A stretch of DNA of 64,000 nucleotides, from NCBI GenBank assembly GCA_965204395.1, contig OZ241987.1, forward strand, positions 2,482,438 through 2,546,437, given 5' to 3'. Source of the DNA: Dehalococcoidia bacterium (GTDB taxonomy: Bacteria > Chloroflexota > Dehalococcoidia > Lucifugimonadales > UBA3495). The notes below the pieces were generated by a model, which was not told the origin of the DNA, searched no databases, and saw only the letters and a list, made by a program, of their open reading frames with translations. A program made the position numbers and the translations under genes. Of this stretch, positions 16,049 through 25,468 are shown piece after piece (position 1 is the first letter of the stretch; every line of letters starts with the position of its first letter).

Positions 16049-17857
16049 ATGACTACTCAGCAACGCACCGCAGGCCCGAGGCGGGCCCGGCGCAGTGAAC
16101 CCCGTCGCAGCACCCCTCGAGCATTGGTCTTGCCCGAGACCCTCACCGTTAAAGATCTGGCCGAATTGCTGGATCAGTCGCCCGTTGATGTTATCAAACA
16201 ACTGATGCGGCACGGCATCATGGTGGCGGTGAACCAGGTCATCGACCACCAGGTGGCCACTGTGGCTGCTGCGGCGTATGGCGTGAGAACCAGGCTGGCG
16301 GAAGCAACCGAGGATACGGCCGCGATCCATGCCGGTGATACGAACGAAGATGATGGTTTGATGGAAAACCGACCGCCGGTCATCACCATCCTCGGCCACG
16401 TTGACCACGGAAAAACGAGCCTGCTGGACTACATCCGCGAAACCTCGGTGGTCGACAAGGAAGCCGGAGGCATCACGCAGCATATCGGCGCTTATCAGGT
16501 CGCCCGGGACGGTCAGCCGATAACCTTCCTCGACACCCCCGGGCATGCCGCGTTCACCGCCATCCGCTCCCGCGGCGCCAGGGTGACGGACATCGCGGTT
16601 CTGGTGGTTGCCGCCGACGACGGGATAATGCCTCAGACCGATGAGGCGATCAACCACGCCCGCGCGGCCGAGGTCCCCATAGTCGTCGCCATCAACAAGA
16701 TGGACCTGCCGGGAGCGCAACCCGATGTCGTCAAGCGCCAACTCAGCGAACGCAACCTGCTGGTTGAAGATTGGGGAGGGGACGTGATCGCGGTGCCGGT
16801 CTCCGCTCAGACCGGAGACGGTATCGACGACCTGCTCGAAAACCTTACGGTGTTGTCCGAGATCATGGAGTTGAAGGCGAATCCCAATCGGGATGCCGCC
16901 GGTGTGATCGTTGAAGCCACCCTGGACCGCCGGCGGGGCCCGACCGCTACGGTCCTGGTACAAGCCGGAACGCTCAAGGTCGGCGATCAAATCGTGGCGG
17001 GAGGCGCTTGGGGACGGGTGCGCGCCATAACCAACGAGCGCGGCGAAACCATCGACGCCATCACCCCCGGATCGCCCGGCGTGGTTATCGGTCTGAACGC
17101 CACTCCGGAAGCCGGAGACATCCTGAAAGTGGTTCGGGACGAACGGACGGCGCGTCAGACCGCCACCCGTCATGGGCAGCGCAGCAGCACCGGCAACCTG
17201 GACACCGTTCTGACTCTGGACAGCGTGGTCAAGCAGATCGACGCCGGCGATGTGAAAGAATTGGTCCTGGTGTTGAAGGCCGACGTCCAGGGCAGTGTTG
17301 AAGCCATCGTGCAATCTGTCGAGAAACTATCCGACGGTGACGTAAAGGCGCGGGTTATCCACTCCGGGTCCGGCGCCGTCAGCGACTCGGACGTGCAACT
17401 GGCGTCGGCGTCGGAAGGCATCATCCTGGCGTTCAACGTCGGGTTCGAAATTGGCGCGGAGCGCACCGCCGAGCGTTTGGGAGTGGAGGTCCGGAACTAC
17501 CAGATCATCTACCGACTTCTGGAGGATGTGGAACAAGCCCTTCACGGCATGCTGGAGCCCGAGTTCCAGGAGGTCGTGGTCGGCCGTGCCGAGGTTCGGG
17601 AGATATTCCCTGGCCGCCGAGGCCTGCGCATCGCTGGTTGTCGCGTGCTGGATGGCCGCATCACGCGCCAAGGCACGGTTCGGATCATGCGCGAGGACGA
17701 AATCGTCGCCGAAACCGAGATGTCGAGCCTGCGACACTTCAGGGATGAGGTCAACCAGGCCACGGCTGGCACCGAATGCGGCATCGTCCTGGACTCATTC
17801 AATGACTATGAGGAAGGCGACGTGATCGTGTCCTACCGCATGGAAAGGGTCAACTAG
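16049..17857 (+). CDS. infB: translation initiation factor IF-2
   Basis: G domain [19 protein letters not shown]...DTPGHAAF...NKMD. The ATG at 16049 is 8 nt after GAGGAGG. A GTG at 16040 is also possible. Confidence 0.95.
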   Translation: MTTQQRTAGPRRARRSEPRRSTPRALVLPETLTVKDLAELLDQSPVDVIKQLMRHGIMVAVNQVIDHQVATVAAAAYGVRTRLAEATEDTAAIHAGDTNEDDGLMENRPPVITILGHVDHGKTSLLDYIRETSVVDKEAGGITQHIGAYQVARDGQPITFLDTPGHAAFTAIRSRGARVTDIAVLVVAADDGIMPQTDEAINHARAAEVPIVVAINKMDLPGAQPDVVKRQLSERNLLVEDWGGDVIAVPVSAQTGDGIDDLLENLTVLSEIMELKANPNRDAAGVIVEATLDRRRGPTATVLVQAGTLKVGDQIVAGGAWGRVRAITNERGETIDAITPGSPGVVIGLNATPEAGDILKVVRDERTARQTATRHGQRSSTGNLDTVLTLDSVVKQIDAGDVKELVLVLKADVQGSVEAIVQSVEKLSDGDVKARVIHSGSGAVSDSDVQLASASEGIILAFNVGFEIGAERTAERLGVEVRNYQIIYRLLEDVEQALHGMLEPEFQEVVVGRAEVREIFPGRRGLRIAGCRVLDGRITRQGTVRIMREDEIVAETEMSSLRHFRDEVNQATAGTECGIVLDSFNDYEEGDVIVSYRMERVN

Positions 17858-17959
17858 CCCCGCACGCGACGTTGTACGTGTACCCGGCGGCCCGGCCAAT
17901 CGTTAGCGGTGGCCGTCTCGCTGGGTTATCGAATCATTACAGTATCGGATGAGGCAGAC

Positions 17960-18355
17960 ATGGCCGACCGACGCCGCATTGAACGGGTGAACGGCCTGCT
18001 CCGTGAGGAAATCTCCCGGCTGATCTCCTCTCAGGTCAACGATCCGCGGCTCAGGGGGATCATCACCATCACCCAGGTCCGCACCGCTTCGGACCTGCGC
18101 ACCGCTCGCGTGTACGTCAGCGTGATGGGCGATGAGAGCGTCCGCCAGGAAGCATTGGCCGGGATCCAATCGTCAGCTACCTACCTGCGCCGCGAACTGC
18201 GAGACAGGGTGTCGCTGCGCTACATACCCTTTTTGCGGTTCGTCCTGGATGACGCCCTGTTGGAAGCCGACCGCTTGATGAAGATCATCGACGACCTGGA
18301 GGTGCCCGACGCATCCGAGAGCGGTGGCCTCCCTGAATCTGCCGGGCAGGGTTAG
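17960..18355 (+). CDS. rbfA: ribosome-binding factor A
   Basis: RRIERVNGLLREEISRLISSQVNDPRLRGIITITQVRTASDLRTARVYVSV. I preferred the start at MADRRR over the upstream start in the ORF track. Confidence 0.9.
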   Translation: MADRRRIERVNGLLREEISRLISSQVNDPRLRGIITITQVRTASDLRTARVYVSVMGDESVRQEALAGIQSSATYLRRELRDRVSLRYIPFLRFVLDDALLEADRLMKIIDDLEVPDASESGGLPESAGQG

Positions 18356-18358
18356 ACC

Positions 18359-19351
18359 ATGCCAGCCCGTGGTCGGGCCGAATCGACGGTCCATGGGTTT
18401 TTGAACCTGTACAAGCCGGCCGGCATGACCTCCATGGAGGCATTGCGGCGGGTCAAGCGCATCACCGGCCAACGGAGGAAAGTGGGACACGCCGGTACGC
18501 TGGACCCGCTGGCCGAGGGAGTATTGCCCATCTGCTTCGGCCAGGCGACGCGGTTGATGGAACACGTGGTTTCGGGCGCCAAGCGGTATCGCATGACCGT
18601 ACGGCTCGGCGCCAGGAGCAACACCTACGATGCAGAGGGCGACATCGAAGAGGTCGCCAATCCAGCCGCCCTCACCCGTAGCGAAATCGCAGCGGCTCTG
18701 GCCCAGTTCGTCGGGACTATCGAACAGGTGCCGCCGATGTACAGTGCTATCAAGGTCGACGGGCAACGGCTTTATGACCTCGCCCGATCGGGCAAAGTAA
18801 TCGACAGGCCGCCCCGCCAGGTGGAAGTTCACGCCATCCATATTGATGATATCGGCCTGCCATTTTTGCGACTCACCGTCGATTGTGGGCGGGGCACCTA
18901 CCTGCGGTCGATAGCTCACGATCTCGGTTGTGTTCTGGGGGTCGGCGCGTACGTTACAAGCCTGACCAGATTGTCCTGCGGGCAATTCAGCGCGGAACGC
19001 GGGGTCACGCTGGACTCACTGGAGGAAGCGGCAGAGCGAGACGATTGGACCGCATACCTCCACCCGGTGGATTGGGCGTTGACGAATATAGAGGTATTGC
19101 AGGTTACGCGGGAGCAGGAGAAGGCAATACGAAACGGGCAGGCCATCTACTCTGACAAGGTGCATGCGTGCCAGGAAACTGAGACCCGTCGCGCGTACAG
19201 CCCGGATGGCGTGTTCCTGGCGTTGTTGCAGTTCCAACACGAAACGGGCGGCTGGCAACCCAAAAAAGTCTTCAGCAGTTCAGAGGTCTCTGCTTATGCT
19301 CCCCATGCGTCGGGAGACCAACCGCCCGGAGATTGGGAACACATGGGATGA
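18359..19351 (+). CDS. truB: tRNA pseudouridine(55) synthase TruB
   Basis: GFLNLYKPAGMTSMEAL...KVGHAGTLDPLAEGVLPICFGQATRL. Confidence 0.95.
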   Translation: MPARGRAESTVHGFLNLYKPAGMTSMEALRRVKRITGQRRKVGHAGTLDPLAEGVLPICFGQATRLMEHVVSGAKRYRMTVRLGARSNTYDAEGDIEEVANPAALTRSEIAAALAQFVGTIEQVPPMYSAIKVDGQRLYDLARSGKVIDRPPRQVEVHAIHIDDIGLPFLRLTVDCGRGTYLRSIAHDLGCVLGVGAYVTSLTRLSCGQFSAERGVTLDSLEEAAERDDWTAYLHPVDWALTNIEVLQVTREQEKAIRNGQAIYSDKVHACQETETRRAYSPDGVFLALLQFQHETGGWQPKKVFSSSEVSAYAPHASGDQPPGDWEHMG

Positions 19352-19656
19352 ACCCTTCAGAAGCCGCATGCCAAGGATGTGGCCGGACCCTGAGCGGTTC
19401 CAGTTACACCTTTCGGCCAACGGGCGGCACGGACGCCATCACCAAGTGCCTGAAATGCGCGCTGCGACATTGGCCCATGTTGCGACGCTCGCTGATCGCC
19501 AGCGCCGTGGTCGGAACTGCGCTCACGGCGTTGAATCAGGGCGATGCCATTCTGACGGCGCAACTGTCCAACGCGTTGGCGTGGAAAATCCCGTTGACCT
19601 ACTGCGTCCCTTTCCTGGTCGCTACCTACGGCGCCCTGTCCAACAGTCGCGATTAG
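19348..19656 (+). CDS. small membrane protein with an N-terminal CxxC...CxxC zinc ribbon and an NrtS-like C-terminal domain
   Basis: ATGA overlap with the truB stop. CQGCG...CLKC is followed by SLIASAVVGTALTALNQGD...LTYCVPFLVATYGA, which resembles the NrtS nitrate/nitrite-transporter family pattern. Confidence 0.5.
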   Translation: MNPSEAACQGCGRTLSGSSYTFRPTGGTDAITKCLKCALRHWPMLRRSLIASAVVGTALTALNQGDAILTAQLSNALAWKIPLTYCVPFLVATYGALSNSRD

Positions 19657-19673
19657 CTGGGCGCAATGAACAA

Positions 19674-19700
19674 AGGCGCGCCGTGGATCGACAGGCGCGC
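19674..19700. terminator. bidirectional hairpin between convergent genes
   Basis: GGCGCGCC-N11-GGCGCGCC; the arms are self-complementary. Confidence 0.5.
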
Positions 19701-19728
19701 CCTCGATGGTTGCGGTGTTTCGTTTCGC

Positions 19729-20382
19729 CTAGAACTGGCGCAACACTTCCACGACGCGGCCCCTCACTTCCACGTTGTCCGCGTCAACGTAGATGGGATC
19801 CATGGTGCTGTTGGCCGGCTGCAGGCGAACCTGGCTCCCCTCGCGGTAAAACTTCTTGAGCGTGGCCTCTTCTTCCTCTACGAGCCAGGCAACGACCATC
19901 TCGCCATTCTGCGCGGTGTTGGTCGGCGTGATGACCACCACGTCGCCGTCATCAATCAAGGCGTCGATCATAGAGGTCCCTTTTACGGAGAGAGCAAACA
20001 GGGTGCCGTGCCTCTTTTTCAGCTCCGGCCTCACCTCTACGATGTCGAACTCCGCGGCAGCGGCGGCCCCTTCGGACGAAAAGGCCGGAATCGGCTCGCC
20101 GGCCGCGATGCTGCCCACTATCTGGACACGGGCTGAACCGGCGTTGACTGGCAATCCGGTCTCGTCCAGGAGTTCGATGCCCCTGGCTATCTCGGAACGG
20201 CGCTTGAGGTAGCCGTACCGCTCCAGCAGCCGTAGGTTGTAGTCCACCACCGAAGTGCTGCTGATTTCGCACCCCCGTTGAATGTCGCGAACGGTTGGCG
20301 GCATACCGTTCTCTTCCAGGAACTGTTCGATGTATTGCAGGATCTTCTGCTGACGTTCTCGCAGCGGGCGATTGGATGTCAT
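19729..20382 (-). CDS. lexA: LexA repressor
   Basis: wHTH domain (PPTVRDIQRGCEISSTSVVDYNLRLLERYGYL), cleavage region GSIAAGEPI, and the catalytic Ser/Lys context VKGTSM ... ATLKKF. Confidence 0.95.
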   Translation of the reverse strand: MTSNRPLRERQQKILQYIEQFLEENGMPPTVRDIQRGCEISSTSVVDYNLRLLERYGYLKRRSEIARGIELLDETGLPVNAGSARVQIVGSIAAGEPIPAFSSEGAAAAAEFDIVEVRPELKKRHGTLFALSVKGTSMIDALIDDGDVVVITPTNTAQNGEMVVAWLVEEEEATLKKFYREGSQVRLQPANSTMDPIYVDADNVEVRGRVVEVLRQF

Positions 20383-20396
20383 GGGCGGTCACCTCC

Positions 20397-20474
20397 GGAA
20401 CAAATTTAAGCGTTCCATTGTGCGGAAATTTTGTTCGTTGCGAACATAATACCCGTAAACCGCTGTGCTGTCAA
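20397..20474 (-). promoter_or_regulatory. candidate lexA promoter with overlapping SOS-box-like inverted repeats
   Basis: On the minus strand: TTGACA (20474-20469), 17 nt spacer, TATTAT (20451-20446). Next come GTTCGCAACGAAC (20445-20433), CGAACAAAATTTCC (20437-20424; consensus is CGAAC-N4-GTTCG) and GGAAC-N10-GTTCC (20416-20397). Confidence 0.4.
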
Positions 20475-20515
20475 CGCAATTCGGGGCATTACAACCACCG
20501 TCCCGCACCATATAA

Positions 20516-20551
20516 GGCAGAAACGGGCCGGCACGTCTACTGCGCCGGCCC
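20516..20551 (-). terminator. intrinsic terminator after rpsT
   Basis: The minus strand reads GGGCCGGCGCAGTAGACGTGCCGGCCC followed by GTTTCTG. Confidence 0.55.
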
Positions 20552-20594
20552 TTCATTACGAAGTGCGGTTTCAGACTACAGCGAACCCAATGGG

Positions 20595-20849
20595 TTACTC
20601 TGCCGCAGTGCGGTTGAGGGCGGCGGCCAGGCGGGCTTTGCGGCGCGACGCGTTGTTCTTGTGCAGCACCCCCTTACGGGCCGCCACGTCCAACTGACGC
20701 ATGGCTCGGCGCACCTCTTCTTCGCTTTCGGGCGCACCCACTGCCATCGCTCTGCGGGCTCGGCCGATGGCTGTGCGCGTCGCGCGTCGCACGCTGAGGT
20801 TCCGTGCGTAGCGTTTTACTGATTTGCGGTGGGCCTTCTGAGCGGGCAA
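20595..20849 (-). CDS. rpsT: 30S ribosomal protein S20 (bS20)
   Basis: TTG start 7 nt after GGAG. The translation is (M)PAQKAHRKSVKRYARNLSVRRATRTAIGRARRA...KGVLHKNNASRRKARLAAAL. The longer ORF in the track is an upstream extension. Confidence 0.85.
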   Translation of the reverse strand: MPAQKAHRKSVKRYARNLSVRRATRTAIGRARRAMAVGAPESEEEVRRAMRQLDVAARKGVLHKNNASRRKARLAAALNRTAAE

Positions 20850-21052
20850 GGGGAAACTCCTGTGATTTGGTTTGCGGCGTTGAATGTTATCAAAGGGAGA
20901 CCGAAAAGTCATCAGTCGGTTGACAATGTTGGCGACGTTGCAGAAAATTAGATGGCATATTTCGACGCGATCCGATTTTCCGTCATCGGATTTTATCGTC
21001 ACCGTCCGGCGGATCGCGCGTATCAACTTGTTGTGCCCGGAGGATTCCCGCA

Positions 21053-22678
21053 ATGCCTGAAAAGCAGCTAATTTTCGATGAAGATGCCCGTCAGAGTCTG
21101 ATGAGCGGCGTTAACCAATTGGGTCGCGTCGTCGCCCTTACGCTGGGTCCCAGCGGCAGGAACGTGATATTGGGGCGCGTGTGGACGTTGCCGGTGGTCT
21201 GCAGCGACGGCGTCACCATCGCCAAAGAGGTGGTGTTGCCGGACCCCTACGAAAACATGGGCGCGCAGGTGGTCAAGGAAGCTGCGGCCAAGACCAACGA
21301 TATCGTGGGTGATGGCACCACTACTTCCGTCGTGTTGGCGCGGTCCATCATACAGGGCGGCTTTATGAACGTCGCCGCCGGAGCCAACCCTCTGGCAATT
21401 AAATCCGGCATCGACCAGGCGGTTAGCGCGGTCAGCAACCACATCAGCGCCCAGGCGGTGGCCGTGGAGAGTCGGGAACAGGTGGCGCGCGTGGCGGCTT
21501 TGTCCGCCCATGAGGAAGCGATCGCCGAACTGATCGCCGATGCGATGGACAAAGTGGGCCGCGAAGGCATCATCACCGTGGAGGAAAGCCGCGGTCTGAC
21601 TGACGAGCTCGATGTTGTCGAGGGCATGCGCCTGGATCGGGGTTACCTCTCCCCTCATTTCATCACCGACACCGATCGGATGGAAGTTTCCCTGGATGAG
21701 CCTCTCTTCCTGCTCACTGACCAGAAACTTTCTGCTGCCGCCGACGTGGTGCCTGCCCTGGAGGCAGTGGCGCAGGGCGGCCGTCGTCCCCTGGTGATAA
21801 TCGCGGAGGACGTGGAAGGCGAAGCCCTGGCGACTCTCGTGGTCAACCGGCTGCGGGGCACCGTCAGCAGCCTCGCCGTAAAGGCCCCGGGATTTGGAGA
21901 GCGGCGCAAGGCGCTGTTGCAAGACCTCGCCATCGTTACGGGCGGCACGGTCATCACCAACGATGCTGGAATGCGTCTCGAAGACATTTCCATGGAGCAC
22001 TTTGGTTCAGCCCGTCGGGTCCTGGCTACCAAGGACGAGACCACCATCGTGGAAGGCCGCGGACACGAGGACGACATCGCCGGGCGAGTCGCCGAACTCC
22101 GCGTGCAGATTGAAGAAACCACGTCGGACTACGACCGCGAGAAATTGCAGGAACGGCTCGCCAATCTGGCCGGCGGAGTCGCGGTGATCAAAGTCGGCGC
22201 GGCCACCGAGCCCGAACTCAACGAGCGCAAGAGCCGGACCGAGGACGCCCTCGCGTCCACGCGGGCTGCGGTTGAGGAAGGTGTCATCCCGGGTGGAGGC
22301 GTCACCCTGCTGAGAGCCCAGGCCACCCTGGACGGGATCATCGATAGCGCGACCGGCGACGAAGCGGTCGGGATGCGCTTGGTTCGGGAAGCCCTGGAGG
22401 CTCCTCTCAACACGATTGCCGACAACGCCGGCTACAAAGGGGCTGTGATCGTCGAAAACGTCCGAAACGGCGAGGACGACTACGGGTTTGACGCCGACCG
22501 TGGCGAGTACACCGGTGTGGTGGCTCGAGGCATCATCGACCCGGCCAAGGTTACGCGGTCTGCGCTGCAAAACGCCGGTTCAGTCGCTGGAATGCTGCTG
22601 ACTACCCAGGCCGTCATTACCGAAATCCCCAAGTACGAACCGTTGCCGGCCGACATCCAGGACTTCATGCACGACTAA
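21053..22678 (+). CDS. groEL: chaperonin GroEL (Cpn60), stand-alone copy
   Basis: LTLGPSGRNVIL...DGVTIAKEV...AKTNDIVGDGTTTSVVLARSI...VAVIKVGAATEPELNERK. No groES is adjacent and there is no C-terminal GGM tail. Confidence 0.95.
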   Translation: MPEKQLIFDEDARQSLMSGVNQLGRVVALTLGPSGRNVILGRVWTLPVVCSDGVTIAKEVVLPDPYENMGAQVVKEAAAKTNDIVGDGTTTSVVLARSIIQGGFMNVAAGANPLAIKSGIDQAVSAVSNHISAQAVAVESREQVARVAALSAHEEAIAELIADAMDKVGREGIITVEESRGLTDELDVVEGMRLDRGYLSPHFITDTDRMEVSLDEPLFLLTDQKLSAAADVVPALEAVAQGGRRPLVIIAEDVEGEALATLVVNRLRGTVSSLAVKAPGFGERRKALLQDLAIVTGGTVITNDAGMRLEDISMEHFGSARRVLATKDETTIVEGRGHEDDIAGRVAELRVQIEETTSDYDREKLQERLANLAGGVAVIKVGAATEPELNERKSRTEDALASTRAAVEEGVIPGGGVTLLRAQATLDGIIDSATGDEAVGMRLVREALEAPLNTIADNAGYKGAVIVENVRNGEDDYGFDADRGEYTGVVARGIIDPAKVTRSALQNAGSVAGMLLTTQAVITEIPKYEPLPADIQDFMHD

Positions 22679-22700
22679 TCCCACACGCCGGCATAAATTA

Positions 22701-22747
22701 GCCCGCCGCGATGCCGATTGGATCGGTGCGGCGGGCGTTCATTTTTC
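22701..22747 (+). terminator. intrinsic terminator after groEL
   Basis: GCCCGCCGC-N18-GCGGCGGGC followed by GTTCATTTTT. Confidence 0.7.
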
Positions 22748-22750
22748 GAT

Positions 22751-23296
22751 ATGACCGTGGAATCCTTGAACTGCGTCGGCATTCTCAGCCGCGTCACCAT
22801 TGCTGGCCTCGTTATAGGTGATCCTCCGCTGGTAGAACATTGTCGGGATCTGGAAACGCAGCTTCAGCCCAATGGTTTGGACGTTACGCTGAGATCCGTG
22901 TCCAGTTTCTCGGCTGGCTCCGCTCCCGGCGGCATCGGGATATCCGACCGAGATCGGACGCTGCCCGAAACCGTCGAGTTGGCATTCGGCGACGACGGCT
23001 GGCTGCATCTCCAATCCGGCCAATACCTGATCACATTCAACGAAATCATCAACCTGCCGCTCCACATAATGGCCCTGGCCCGACCCCGTTCCAGCCTGCT
23101 CCGTTCAGGCGTCGCCATCCATACCGCCGTCTGGGATGCCGGTTATTCCGGTCGATCCCAGGCGTTGATGACCATTCATCATCCGCAGGGATTCCGTATC
23201 CAACAGGACGCCAGGGTCGCTCAAATGGTGTTCATGTATCTCGACGCCGGTGATGCGCAAGGCTACCGCGGCCGTTACCAGAACGAAAACCAATGA
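22751..23296 (+). CDS. dCTP deaminase / dUTPase-family protein (short archaeal-type)
   Basis: QPNGLDVTLRSV...GQYLITFNEIINLP...ARPRSSLLRSGVAIHTAVWDAGYSGRSQALM...ARVAQMVF. I placed the start after the groEL terminator. It overlaps queG by ATGA. Confidence 0.7.
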   Translation: MTVESLNCVGILSRVTIAGLVIGDPPLVEHCRDLETQLQPNGLDVTLRSVSSFSAGSAPGGIGISDRDRTLPETVELAFGDDGWLHLQSGQYLITFNEIINLPLHIMALARPRSSLLRSGVAIHTAVWDAGYSGRSQALMTIHHPQGFRIQQDARVAQMVFMYLDAGDAQGYRGRYQNENQ

Positions 23297-24465
23297 ACGG
23301 ATCGCAGCACCACGGGACCGACGCGGAATCGCCGCGCCAGGTGATCGACCGACTGGCTCAGGCGGTCGGGTTCGACTTGGTGGCGGTAACCGACGCCACC
23401 GCATTTGCCCGTGATCGCGAAACGGCCATGAGACGCATCGACGATGGGCTGATGGATGGACTCCCCTGGTTCACCAAGATACGTGTGGGACACGGGACGG
23501 ATCCGGAGCGCCTGCTGACCGGAGCCCGATCCATCATCTCCCTCGGACTCAACTACTATCCGGGCACCACGCCAACAACAACGCCCGGTTCAGGATTGGT
23601 AGCCCGATATGCTCAGGGCCGGGATTACCACCGCGTGATGAAGCGTCGGATGCGTAGGCTCGTCGTCGCGCTTTCCGAGGATCCGGCATTTCGACAATCC
23701 GGCGAGGAACTAACGGCGCGTTGGTTCGTGGATGATGGGCCGATGCTGGACCGCGCTGTGGCATCCCGGGCCGGATTGGGGTGGTTCGGCAAGAATGGGA
23801 ACATCTTGAACCCTACCTACGGGTCGTGGCTGCTGCTCGGCCAGATAGTCACCAATCTGGAGTTGGAACCCGACCGACCACTTTCCAAAACCTGCGGCCA
23901 ATGCACTCGTTGCATTCCGTCGTGCCCCACCGACGCAATCGTCGCCCCTTATGTGGTGGACAACCGGCGGTGCATCAGTTACTTGACCATCGAGCACAAG
24001 GGGCCGATCCCCCATGAATTGCGGCCCGCCATGGGCGCCTGGGTTTTTGGATGCGACATCTGCCAGGAGGTCTGCCCGGTCAACCGAAAGGCCAGGGCGA
24101 CGTCGGATCCCAATTTCGGCCGGCGCGACCTGACAGCGTTGGACCTCATCGAACTGTTGGACATGACCGAAGCGGAGTTTCGCCAGCGGTTTGCCGGAAC
24201 GCCCCTAATGCGCACCAAGTGGGTTGGAATGCAACGCAATGCCTGCGTCGCGTTGGGGAATCTCCATGACCCGTTCGCGGTTCCTGCGCTGGCGCGCGCC
24301 CTGGAGGGAGCAAATCCGCTGGTGAAACAACACGCGGCCTGGGCGTTGGGTCGCATCGGCGGTAGCGATGCGCGTATCGCCTTGGAGTCGGCGTCCCTCT
24401 CCGAGCAAGACCCGGACGTGCGCGCGGAAATCAGGCTGGCGTTGGGCGAAATCGCCGTGAACTAG
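23293..24465 (+). CDS. queG: tRNA epoxyqueuosine(34) reductase QueG
   Basis: Two 4Fe-4S motifs (CGQCTRCIPSCP; CDICQEVCP), RCISYLTIEHKGPIP, and C-terminal HEAT-like repeats. Confidence 0.9.
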   Translation: MNGSQHHGTDAESPRQVIDRLAQAVGFDLVAVTDATAFARDRETAMRRIDDGLMDGLPWFTKIRVGHGTDPERLLTGARSIISLGLNYYPGTTPTTTPGSGLVARYAQGRDYHRVMKRRMRRLVVALSEDPAFRQSGEELTARWFVDDGPMLDRAVASRAGLGWFGKNGNILNPTYGSWLLLGQIVTNLELEPDRPLSKTCGQCTRCIPSCPTDAIVAPYVVDNRRCISYLTIEHKGPIPHELRPAMGAWVFGCDICQEVCPVNRKARATSDPNFGRRDLTALDLIELLDMTEAEFRQRFAGTPLMRTKWVGMQRNACVALGNLHDPFAVPALARALEGANPLVKQHAAWALGRIGGSDARIALESASLSEQDPDVRAEIRLALGEIAVN

Positions 24466-25226
24466 TCGTTGTCGTACTTGACGGGGTTGTCCGGCGTCCT
24501 GCGGTTCCTGCCCCTGCCGTGAGAACGCCGAGCGCGCCCGTTGGAGCCGTCTCGACCATTGCCCGTTGGTTGCTGGTCGGCGACGCCTGGGGGCGCTGCT
24601 TCGTCGCTGGGCGCGGGATCCTCGGTTGTGCGTTCCGGGACGTCCGTAGTGCGCCCGTTCCGTGGTCTCGCTGGCCTGACCGGATCCCGCTCCGTATTGC
24701 GACGGCGACGATCGCGTTGAAAGTTGACCCGCTCCGTTTCTGCGGCCAACTCCTCATCTACCTTGCGCAGGGCTGCGTCGCGTCCATCCCGCAACTTCAG
24801 CATCTCCGTTTCCAGGAGAAAAAAGTCTCCCTTGGAAAGTAGGTGCAGGTTCCCCTGGAATGCCATGTGCCAGTCCTCGGGCGGCCATTTCCGGAGATAT
24901 TCCAGACGGTAGGCGATCAAGCCGGCGTTGATGTATTGCTCGCTGGGGAGAATGACGTCGGGTCTAATCTCGATACGGTAGGGCCAGGCGGTCTTCCCCT
25001 CTTTGACCCATGGGGTGGACTTGACCTCTTCGTATGACTTGGTGACGGTCGCGGTGGCGGTGAACACGCGCACCCCGCTCACGTAGTAGATGATACGGTC
25101 GCCGGGTTCAACCCTTTGCACTTTGCGGCGATATTCGGCTTTCAAGCCCTGCTGAGCAAAGCCCAACTGCTGAGTGATGTCGAAATTTTGCTTGTTGCAA
25201 TTAATCATCCAAAAGTTATGTGGCAT
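24462..25226 (-). CDS. EVE/PUA-like domain protein with a basic disordered C-terminal tail
   Basis: From MPHNFWMINCNKQNFDI...VEPGDRIIYYVSGVRVFTATATV...AWPYRIEI. The tail is rich in R/G/D/P. The stop shares the palindrome CTAG with the queG stop. Confidence 0.55.
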   Translation of the reverse strand: MPHNFWMINCNKQNFDITQQLGFAQQGLKAEYRRKVQRVEPGDRIIYYVSGVRVFTATATVTKSYEEVKSTPWVKEGKTAWPYRIEIRPDVILPSEQYINAGLIAYRLEYLRKWPPEDWHMAFQGNLHLLSKGDFFLLETEMLKLRDGRDAALRKVDEELAAETERVNFQRDRRRRNTERDPVRPARPRNGRTTDVPERTTEDPAPSDEAAPPGVADQQPTGNGRDGSNGRARRSHGRGRNRRTPDNPVKYDND

Positions 25227-25468
25227 ATCTGTATCCCGGCAAATGGATCTGACATCCGGAATTTGGGCCATTCTAGCACACGGGGTTGGTCGTTCCGCTT
25301 CACGGCGCGTCCACCGTGGCGGAACCGAAATGTGGCAACAAGAACTGCCGGCCGTCGGTCGCGTTGCTCTCATGCCGTGACGGCGAGCTGCGGCATTTGT
25401 CGGCACACCAGTAATGTTGTACCATCGTTGGGCTGACAAACTGATAAATCCACCACTGGGAGTGAACT

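Noticed and set aside
20850-21052. Searched for a CIRCE or HAIR heat-shock operator upstream of groEL
   Set aside because: I could find no TTAGCACTC-N9-GAGTGCTAA or CTTGAGT-N7-ACTCAAG-like sequence.
25227-25439. 71-codon N-terminal extension of the EVE-like ORF
   Set aside because: The domain begins at MPHNFWMINC, and the upstream residues look like translated intergenic sequence.
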